DNA from: an uncultured Alphaproteobacteria bacterium
GTDB taxonomy: Bacteria; Pseudomonadota; Alphaproteobacteria; HIMB59; GCA-002718135
Reading direction: 5' to 3'
DNA length: 64,000 nucleotides
NCBI GenBank assembly: GCA_902515745.1
Contig: CABXWB010000005.1
Location: forward strand, 21,303 to 85,302
The notes beneath the pieces are model-generated. The model was given only the letters and a program-made list of their open reading frames with translations. It was not told where the DNA came from and ran no database searches. The number at the start of each line of letters is the position of its first letter. The stretch's first letter is position 1. The translations under genes were made by a program, and so were the position numbers. Shown here in pieces: positions 56,325 through 63,045 of the stretch.

Positions 56325-57934
56325 TTGCTTTCTTTTTTTTGTGAAACTCTTTGAAGAGTTGTGTTTAAAAATATTACTGGACCAAGACCAACTACAATAA
56401 TTATTAGAGCAGCAAATGATGATTCTTGTAAAAGTTCATCGGATGCATATTGGTAGACATAAGTAGCTAAAGTTTCAAAATTAAAAGGTCTTAGCAGTAG
56501 AGTAATTGGAAGTTCTTTTAAAATATCAACAAAAACTAGGATGCCTCCTATTAAGATATTTGTATAAATTAAGGGTAATACGATTACTCTAATTGTATTT
56601 AGAAAACCTTTTCCCATTGTTTGGGAAGCATCAACTGCATTTGGATGAACTTTAAGTATTCCTGATCGCAGGGCAGCGTTACCAACTGCTAAAAATCTAG
56701 TTGTGTAAGCAAAAATTAATACTAAGAAACCACCTGCAGCATAACCCATTTCTATATTAGTTATTGAGTTTAACCATCCAAAAAATATAACAATGCCAAC
56801 TGCAAGTATAGTACCTGGTAGAGCATAACCACATGAAGCTACAAAAATTAATCCTTTTTGAAAAGTATTTGATTTATAATTTGATACAATAATTAGAATT
56901 ATAGAAACTAGCATGACAGTAGCAGCTCCTGCAAGTGCAAGCGATATACTTGTTGTTGCAGCAAATATAACTTCACTAAAATTAATTATAGAAAAACCAC
57001 TTAAAACGAAATTTAAAAGAATGAGCACAGGAATTACAAATCCAAGAGTAATTGGGGTCAAACAAATTAAAAAACAAAGTAACTTTCCAGAAAATGAAAT
57101 TGTTTCTGACTCAAGCATATTTTGACCACTACTTTTTTCAAAATATCTTTGTCTACGTCTTGCTAAATATTCAATAGTTAAAAGGACAACAACAAAAATA
57201 AATAAAACTGAAGATATTTGTGCTGCACCTGATAGACTGTTCATTCCCAACCAAACATTAAATACACCAAGGGTTAGAGTCTCTAGAGCAAAGTATTCAA
57301 CTGTTCCAAAATCAGAAATTGTTTCCATTAATACGAGTGCTAGGCCAGCAAATATTCCCGGTCTTGCAAGTGGCAGGGCAACAGAAAAAAAACTGCTTCG
57401 TCCATAAATTAAACTTGTTTGATAAAAAGATAAGGGCACGGTTAAAAAAGATGCTCTGGTCATCATGTAAATATATGGATAAAGAACACACGACATAACT
57501 AAAATAGCTCCGCCCATTGATCGTATTTCTGGGAACCAATAGTCGTCAACATTACTCCAGTTAAAAATTTCCCTTAGTAGTTTTTGTAATGGACCAGCGT
57601 ATTCTAAAAAATCAGTATATGTATAAGCAATGATATATGCAGGTACTGCAGCAGGTAATAATAGTGCCCACTCAAAAAAATTTTTACCTATAAAGTTATA
57701 TCTTGTAACTACCCATGCTGAAGAAACACCAAAGATCATACTTAGAATACCTACTCCGATCATGAGCACAATTGTGTTGTAAACATATCTTGGTAGAACG
57801 GTTGAGAATAAATGTGGCCATAGACTGGTGTCTCCTAAAAATGCGGAGTAAAAAATAGCAACTATTGGACAAATAATAAAAAGAGCAAGAAAAGTTGCTA
57901 ATGTAGATGAGCTATTCCAATTATACAAATTCAC
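56321..57934 (-). CDS. fbpB: Fe(3+) ABC transporter permease, fused two-domain type
   Basis: 537 aa. It is a duplicated permease architecture typical of FbpB/SfuB/HitB. Confidence 0.82.
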   Translation of the reverse strand: MNLYNWNSSSTLATFLALFIICPIVAIFYSAFLGDTSLWPHLFSTVLPRYVYNTIVLMIGVGILSMIFGVSSAWVVTRYNFIGKNFFEWALLLPAAVPAYIIAYTYTDFLEYAGPLQKLLREIFNWSNVDDYWFPEIRSMGGAILVMSCVLYPYIYMMTRASFLTVPLSFYQTSLIYGRSSFFSVALPLARPGIFAGLALVLMETISDFGTVEYFALETLTLGVFNVWLGMNSLSGAAQISSVLFIFVVVLLTIEYLARRRQRYFEKSSGQNMLESETISFSGKLLCFLICLTPITLGFVIPVLILLNFVLSGFSIINFSEVIFAATTSISLALAGAATVMLVSIILIIVSNYKSNTFQKGLIFVASCGYALPGTILAVGIVIFFGWLNSITNIEMGYAAGGFLVLIFAYTTRFLAVGNAALRSGILKVHPNAVDASQTMGKGFLNTIRVIVLPLIYTNILIGGILVFVDILKELPITLLLRPFNFETLATYVYQYASDELLQESSFAALIIIVVGLGPVIFLNTTLQRVSQKKESN

Positions 57935-57945
57935 TTGGTTATAAA

Positions 57946-58965
57946 CTACCAGCCAACCCGATCAATTATCATTTGGGCATTAGGAGCAAGTTCTGCTATT
58001 TTTATTATTGGAAGTGTATCCTCTCTAAAGCTACCCCAGCTTTGTAATTCTTCTCCAGGCTCAATTTTTAGATTTGCTGGGTACTCAAAATTTATTTCTC
58101 CGTAAAGTTTTTGTGCCTTTTCACTTGTTAAAAACTCAAGTAACTTCTGAGCTTCTTCTTTGTTACTAGAATACTTAGCTACACCTCCACCTGAAATATT
58201 TACATGAGCTCCTCTGTCACCCTCAGCTTGATTAGGAAAAACTAATCTCACACTTTCAGCCCATTTTCTTTGTTCAGGGTCTTCTGAGAATTTCAGTTTT
58301 CCATAATAATAATTATTTATAAGAGCAAGTTCACACTCCCCTTCATGAATAGCTTTAACCTGCGCTCTATCATTGCCTTGTGGTCTTTTGGCAAAATTAG
58401 CCACCATAGCCTTAGCCCATTTTTCAGCTTCATCTTCTCCAAGCGCTGCTAAAACTGATGCCATTATTCCACGGTTATAAACATGACTTCCAGGTCTTGA
58501 GCAAATTTTTCCCTTCCACTTGGGGTCCGCCAAATCTTCAATTCTAGTTATTTCACCTTCTGCAATCTTCTCTTTGTGAACTACAATAACTCTAGCTCTT
58601 TTGGAAAGACCAAACCATGTATTGTCAGGGCTCCTCAGGTAATTAGGAATATTATTTTGTAACTGTTTTGAATCTAATGGAGAGAGTAAATCAAGATCAT
58701 CATAAATATACAGTCTTCCTATATCTACTGTAAGAATAACATCCGCTGGACTATTTTCTCCCTCAGCCTTCAGTCTCTGGGCTAAGCCTTTTTTAGAATA
58801 AACAACATTTGTTTTAATGCCAGTTTCCTCAGTAAATAATTCTAGAAAAGGGTTAATTAAGAATGGCTGTCTATGTGAATAAATATTTATCTCTTTTGCA
58901 TTTAAATACGGAGTAAAAATAAATATAAAAAATAAAAATACAAAATGTAATAAATTAGTTTTCAT
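57946..58965 (-). CDS. fbpA: Fe(3+) ABC transporter periplasmic binding protein
   Basis: 339 aa. It has a signal peptide followed by KEINIYSHRQPFLINPFLELFTEETGIK, typical of FbpA/AfuA. Confidence 0.85.
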   Translation of the reverse strand: MKTNLLHFVFLFFIFIFTPYLNAKEINIYSHRQPFLINPFLELFTEETGIKTNVVYSKKGLAQRLKAEGENSPADVILTVDIGRLYIYDDLDLLSPLDSKQLQNNIPNYLRSPDNTWFGLSKRARVIVVHKEKIAEGEITRIEDLADPKWKGKICSRPGSHVYNRGIMASVLAALGEDEAEKWAKAMVANFAKRPQGNDRAQVKAIHEGECELALINNYYYGKLKFSEDPEQRKWAESVRLVFPNQAEGDRGAHVNISGGGVAKYSSNKEEAQKLLEFLTSEKAQKLYGEINFEYPANLKIEPGEELQSWGSFREDTLPIIKIAELAPNAQMIIDRVGW

Positions 58966-59965
58966 TTAAAGATCTCCTTTTTTGATTAATTGAGCTAAAT
59001 TTAAGTTTTATTTTTAAAAACTTTCTTAAAAAATAATTTTTAATTTCAATAAATGGATTTATGTATAAATCTTTTAAATTATGACTTTCATCTTTTTGGT
59101 TCTTTTCAATTCCAAGTTCTAGAGTTTCAAATTCAACTGAATGATGAAGTGATCTAAATACATAATCCCAAATAGCTAAAGCTGCTCCAAAGTTCTTATC
59201 ATGGTGTTCTCTTGCTATAGAGTGATGTAATTGATGTTGAGCTGGAGAAATGAATATATACTCTACCCATCTCCAATATCTAATTCCTACATGCGAGTGT
59301 CGTAAATTTGATCCTAGAATATTAAAAATAAATACAAAAATGTTTACTCCAAGAACTGTATATAAGCTTACTGAATCACCAAATAAAAAAATAAAAGAAG
59401 AAATACTTATTGCTTGTGTGATTGAACTTCTAAGAGAGAAAATTATTCCCTCTAAAGGATGAGTTCTAAAAACAGTCATTGGTGTTAAAACGGTAGCAGA
59501 ATGGTGCACCTTATGAAGTGACCATAAAATTGGCCATTTGTGCATAAACCTATGAACTATATATTTGCTAAAATCATCAATAGTAAATTGAAAAGTAGTG
59601 AAAGCAATTATCACAAGAATTGGAAGGGTTTCTTTAAACATTCCAACACTTAACCAATCAATGGTGTGAAAATAAAAGTAAAGTGCTGTGGCAATTGTTA
59701 ATTGAGTAATTAAAAATGGTGAAATAGTCATCATAATTAATTGATTAATAAGAAAAACTTTGTAGTCGGATTTTGCTGACTTAGAAAAAAATATTTTTTT
59801 ATCAAAAATTTTCTTAAATGCTGCAAAAAGAGAATATTTTCTTAATAAGATAAACCATAGAAATGCAATTAATATTGAGATACCAATGTAAGCTACAAAG
59901 ACTCTTTTTTTTGGATCAATAAATTGATTACCAATATTAGATATATATTCTGTTAAAATTTCCAT
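58955..59965 (-). CDS. Fatty acid hydroxylase / sterol desaturase-family membrane di-iron enzyme
   Basis: 336 aa. It has the histidine boxes HRFMH, HKVHH and HQLHH. It overlaps the fbpA start by 11 nt. Confidence 0.8.
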   Translation of the reverse strand: MEILTEYISNIGNQFIDPKKRVFVAYIGISILIAFLWFILLRKYSLFAAFKKIFDKKIFFSKSAKSDYKVFLINQLIMMTISPFLITQLTIATALYFYFHTIDWLSVGMFKETLPILVIIAFTTFQFTIDDFSKYIVHRFMHKWPILWSLHKVHHSATVLTPMTVFRTHPLEGIIFSLRSSITQAISISSFIFLFGDSVSLYTVLGVNIFVFIFNILGSNLRHSHVGIRYWRWVEYIFISPAQHQLHHSIAREHHDKNFGAALAIWDYVFRSLHHSVEFETLELGIEKNQKDESHNLKDLYINPFIEIKNYFLRKFLKIKLKFSSINQKRRSLNEN

Positions 59966-59977
59966 CCCAGTTCAGCA

Positions 59978-60001
59978 GTGTGGCTTTATATAAAGCCACA
60001 C
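59978..60001 (-). terminator. Hairpin between the 459-aa protein gene and the hydroxylase-fbpAB operon
   Basis: GTGTGGCTTTA-TA-TAAAGCCACAC is a perfect 11-bp stem and a near-palindrome. It lies 13 nt after the upstream stop and 12 nt before the next ATG. Confidence 0.55.
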
Positions 60002-60013
60002 TATAATATTGAA

Positions 60014-61393
60014 TTAATCGTTTTCAGCTGAGTCAGAACTTCCCATAGAGCTGGCAAGTTCTTCCATAGCAGCTAATTGATCATTATTTCTTGCAGTAAC
60101 CCCAAATTCATCAACCATCAGTTTTTGAATTTTAATCATGTGCATTTTAAATTCTCCCCAATCCTGAGCTTGATCTTTAATGAAGTTACCATTTGAATCA
60201 ACTCCAACAACTTGAGAAGCATTTAATAGAACTGGTCCAAAACCCATCATTCTATTCATCTTTTCTGCAGTTTCACCCAAATCTTCTGGTCCACATTGAA
60301 GAGCTAAAGCAAACCCTTTGAGTTCACCCCAGTGTTTAGCATACTTTCTAAATGCTTCTTCGGTATCACCATTGGCATCCATAATTGTTTCAAGTGCAAC
60401 AATATCTTTATAGGTAGAACCAGCATACTTGAACACAGACTCAGCAATAACTTTTTGCCAATTTTCTCTGATAGTATCTCTAGCTTCTAACATATCTGTT
60501 CTTTCAGAAAAGTTGAGGTTTCTTCCACCAGCGTCTCTAATAACTTTTCTACCATCAATAAATGCTTGGTTAATAGTAGCTAGATAATTAGTCTTACCAC
60601 CTTTGTCATAGCTTGATGCATAGTAAGCGTGTGCAAAAGTCATCTCAGAATATAGATCAACAACACCATCCCCGTTAAAGTCAGCAGCAGCTAAATCTTT
60701 CATCTTAGCAACATTATAATTTTGTTCTGCTGTTAATGTTAAAGAGTGGGCTGCAGCACCCCAGTATCCAAATGCTTCGTCCCAACTATGTTCTTTACCA
60801 GTATAATAAGCGCCTTCTTTATAAGGCTTACGGTTTTCTTTTTGACCAATTTCCATTTTACTTCCAAGATAACTATTTACGGCTTGGTTATAAAAAACTG
60901 CGCCCATAGCGAACTTAGATATTAATTGAGTGTAATCGAATCCTGTAGCAGGATCAAAATCACTACCAATTTCACTAGCTTTCTGCATCATGTGCTCAAG
61001 AGCTTCAGGTCCAGATAGTCCGCCCCAACCTGGAATAGCGCCTTTGTACATTTTGCCAGATAAGTTTCCACTACCAATCTCTGAAACCATAGTTTGCATT
61101 ACTGGGAAACCATCTTTTGATTTTGGAGCAATAATCTCTAAACCATCTTCCCCATTATAATATGCCATCATTTTATCGAGATCACCAGTTTTGACAAGTT
61201 TCTTCAGACTATCATGTAAGACTTGTCTAGCCATTTGACCTGTATATTTTACTGAGTTTGTTTTATCGCCATCATAACCTTTTAATGTAATAGGGTAAGG
61301 TCCATAAACTTCTGGACCATGACCATCGGCAAAAGATTTAGAAAAGCTGAAAGAAAAAACTAAAGCAGTAGCTATGAGTAATATTTTTTTCAT
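60014..61393 (-). CDS. Secreted 459-aa protein of unknown function (possibly DUF4856/imelysin-like, iron-locus associated)
   Basis: It has a signal peptide (MKKILLIATALVFSFSFSKSFA) and a central EHSWDEAFGYWGAAAH motif. An SD sequence AAGGAAA is present. The family assignment is from memory only. Confidence 0.5.
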   Translation of the reverse strand: MKKILLIATALVFSFSFSKSFADGHGPEVYGPYPITLKGYDGDKTNSVKYTGQMARQVLHDSLKKLVKTGDLDKMMAYYNGEDGLEIIAPKSKDGFPVMQTMVSEIGSGNLSGKMYKGAIPGWGGLSGPEALEHMMQKASEIGSDFDPATGFDYTQLISKFAMGAVFYNQAVNSYLGSKMEIGQKENRKPYKEGAYYTGKEHSWDEAFGYWGAAAHSLTLTAEQNYNVAKMKDLAAADFNGDGVVDLYSEMTFAHAYYASSYDKGGKTNYLATINQAFIDGRKVIRDAGGRNLNFSERTDMLEARDTIRENWQKVIAESVFKYAGSTYKDIVALETIMDANGDTEEAFRKYAKHWGELKGFALALQCGPEDLGETAEKMNRMMGFGPVLLNASQVVGVDSNGNFIKDQAQDWGEFKMHMIKIQKLMVDEFGVTARNNDQLAAMEELASSMGSSDSAEND

Positions 61394-61436
61394 ATATATT
61401 TTCCTTAATTGTAAATTTTTTCTTAGTTTAAAAGGT

Positions 61437-61505
61437 GTGGAGATGAGTTGAAACTCGTTTGGTTAAGATGCGCCTTTACCTTTAAAAAAGATTTCTCATC
61501 TCCAC
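61437..61505 (-). promoter_or_regulatory. Structured 5' leader element: 11-bp inverted repeat GTGGAGATGAG...CTCATCTCCAC enclosing about 47 nt
   Basis: It lies 44-112 nt upstream of the 459-aa gene start. A competing inner hairpin, GAGTT-GA-AACTC, shares the GAG of the outer stem. Confidence 0.4.
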
Positions 61506-61601
61506 GTCCTATTACTAAGGATCTGAGGTTCTTTTATAATAATTAAAAAAAAAATTTTTTTTATTTTATTTTACCCGCTTTTAAAGGCTATTTTTAATGT
61601 T

Positions 61602-61618
61602 TTTAGAGTTATTCTAAT
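61602..61618. promoter_or_regulatory. Irr-box / iron control element-like site TTTAGAG-TTA-TTCTAAT
   Basis: It matches the ICE consensus TTTAGAA-N3-TTCTAAA at 12 of 14 specified positions. Confidence 0.45.
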
Positions 61619-61636
61619 TTAAAGATTTTTTAAATA

Positions 61637-61693
61637 GGTGGTTAGTAATCGTAATATTAAATGTGAGTTATAATGTTATAAAAACTAACCACC
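61637..61693. other. Long-range hairpin GGTGGTTAGT...ACTAACCACC (10-bp stem, 37-nt AT-rich loop)
   Basis: A perfect inverted repeat was read directly, and it lies between the two ICE-like boxes. Confidence 0.35.
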
Positions 61694-61783
61694 ATGGAAC
61701 GGAAGTAGATTTTTTAATATGTTAATATTAATATTTGTGTAAAAAAAAATTAATTTGATATCATAAAATAGATATTTGAGAGT

Positions 61784-61800
61784 TTTAGAACTATTCTAAT
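61784..61800. promoter_or_regulatory. Irr-box / iron control element-like site TTTAGAA-CTA-TTCTAAT
   Basis: It matches the ICE consensus at 13 of 14 specified positions. It is part of a roughly 25-nt direct repeat shared with 61601-61625. Confidence 0.5.
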
Positions 61801-61827
61801 TAAAAGTAATAGACGTTCATTATAGGC

Positions 61828-61845
61828 GGGGCCTCAAAGGGCCCC
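61828..61845 (-). terminator. GC-rich hairpin GGGGCC-N6-GGCCCC after hsp20
   Basis: It lies 10 nt downstream of the hsp20 stop. It has no clear U-tract, but it is a conspicuous GC clamp in AT-rich DNA. Confidence 0.4.
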
Positions 61846-61854
61846 TATCCAAGA

Positions 61855-62292
61855 CTATTTTATAGAAATAAGTCTAGCTTTCTTTTCTTCTGGTATAATT
61901 CTCTCAAGATCAATTGTTAAAAGTCCATTAATTAATTCAGCATCCTTAACTTTGATGTCTTCTGAAATAGTGAACGATCTTTCAAACTGTCTCGTTGAGA
62001 TTCCTTTATGAATTACTCCATTACCATTATCATTAACCACTTTTTCTTTTGGTTTATTTCTAACAGTAAGATTATTTTCTTTTAATTCAATCTCAATGTC
62101 TTCTTTACTATATCCAGCAAGAGCAACTTCAATTTTATAATTGTGATCATCAACTCTATGAATATTGTAAGGTGGATAGTTTGTATTATAACGTTCAGTG
62201 GATTCTAACATTCTATCAAATTCATCGAAAATCGAATCAAATCCAACAGAAAATGGTCTTAGAGAATTCCAAACGGATAGGTTTCTAGTCAT
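61855..62292 (-). CDS. Small heat-shock protein, Hsp20/IbpA family
   Basis: It has an alpha-crystallin domain (PPYNIHRVDDHNYKIEVALAGYSKEDIEIE...GLLTIDL). I moved the start to MTRNLSVW (Met17 of the track ORF), which is preceded by the SD AAAGGAG. Confidence 0.9.
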   Translation of the reverse strand: MTRNLSVWNSLRPFSVGFDSIFDEFDRMLESTERYNTNYPPYNIHRVDDHNYKIEVALAGYSKEDIEIELKENNLTVRNKPKEKVVNDNGNGVIHKGISTRQFERSFTISEDIKVKDAELINGLLTIDLERIIPEEKKARLISIK

Positions 62293-62317
62293 AATAACTC
62301 CTTTATAAGCAAGTATT
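62293..62317 (-). promoter_or_regulatory. ROSE-like RNA thermometer hairpin masking the hsp20 Shine-Dalgarno
   Basis: In the minus-strand RNA AAUACUUGCU-UAUAA-AGGAGUUAUU, the conserved UUGCU pairs with AGGAG including a G.G opposition. The stem ends at the AUG. Confidence 0.5.
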
Positions 62318-62353
62318 AATGTCGGCACCCACAATGGCATACTGACATTTATG

Positions 62354-62381
62354 ATGTGGGGATGATTATGATTAATTCAAG
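62354..62381 (-). promoter_or_regulatory. Sigma-32 (RpoH)-type heat-shock promoter CTTGAA-14 nt-CCCCACAT
   Basis: Read on the minus strand, it is a close match to the CTTGAA / CCCCATNT consensus. It lies in the 96-bp spacer upstream of hsp20. Confidence 0.6.
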
Positions 62382-62388
62382 TATGTGA

Positions 62389-63045
62389 TTATTTTTTTCT
62401 TATAAAGGATAAGCCGTCTGATAGAGGTAAAAGAGAAAAGTCTACACGAGAATCATTTTGAATTCTTGTATTTAAATCTCTTATGGTATTTGTTTGAGAG
62501 TCATTTTTTTTCTCATCCGCAACATCACCATGCCAAAGCATGTTATCAATAATTATAATGCCATTTGATGGAACAAGACTTAAAGATAATTCATAATAAT
62601 TAGGATAATTATTTTTGTCAGCATCTATGAAGATAAAATCATAAGAATGTTGACGGTCTATCATACTTTGCATTATTTCAACCCCATCACCGATCATAGA
62701 TTCGATCTTTGAACTCATATTATCTAAATCCCAATATTTTTTAGCTAGTGATAGAAATTCGTCTGAATTATCAATTGTTGTAATTTTTCCTTCTGCTGAC
62801 AAACCTCTTGCAATAAATAAAGTGCTCATGCCAGTAAATCTTCCAACTTCTAGACAAGATTTTGCTTTCGATAATTTTGTGATTATTTCTAAAAATTGAC
62901 CTTGTTCTTTTGCAATTTGCATTTGAGATACACTGCCAAGCTTAGATGTTTCATCTGCTAGATCGTCAATTATTTTATCTTTTCTATAACCTACATTCTG
63001 TAGATATTTTACTAAGCTTTCATCTATTTTAGTTTGTGTACTCAT
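62389..63045 (-). CDS. Class I SAM-dependent O-methyltransferase (family 3, caffeoyl-CoA OMT-like)
   Basis: 218 aa. It has LEVGRFTGMSTLFIA (SAM motif), FIFIDADKNNY and IIIDNMLWHG. Confidence 0.82.
   Translation of the reverse strand: MSTQTKIDESLVKYLQNVGYRKDKIIDDLADETSKLGSVSQMQIAKEQGQFLEIITKLSKAKSCLEVGRFTGMSTLFIARGLSAEGKITTIDNSDEFLSLAKKYWDLDNMSSKIESMIGDGVEIMQSMIDRQHSYDFIFIDADKNNYPNYYELSLSLVPSNGIIIIDNMLWHGDVADEKKNDSQTNTIRDLNTRIQNDSRVDFSLLPLSDGLSFIRKK

Noticed and set aside
61545-61562. The A10T8 tract might be a repeat, a slippage site or a bidirectional terminator.
   Set aside because: No stem can form beyond A:T pairing. It is more simply explained as an UP-element or curved DNA next to the putative promoter, and it has no coding context in which slippage would matter.
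61644-61662. A Fur-box-like sequence, AGTAATCGTAATATTAAAT, lies in the iron-locus spacer.
   Set aside because: It matches only about 10 of 19 positions of GATAATGATAATCATTATC. It is a tandem GTAAT repeat rather than the Fur palindrome, and it sits inside a hairpin loop.
62293-62340. The track gives hsp20 a 16-codon N-terminal extension (MPLWVPTLILAYKGVI).
   Set aside because: An internal Met at 62292 is preceded by a strong SD (AAAGGAG). The extension would cover the sigma-32 leader and the ROSE-like hairpin, and Hsp20 proteins start near MTRNLS-type sequences.
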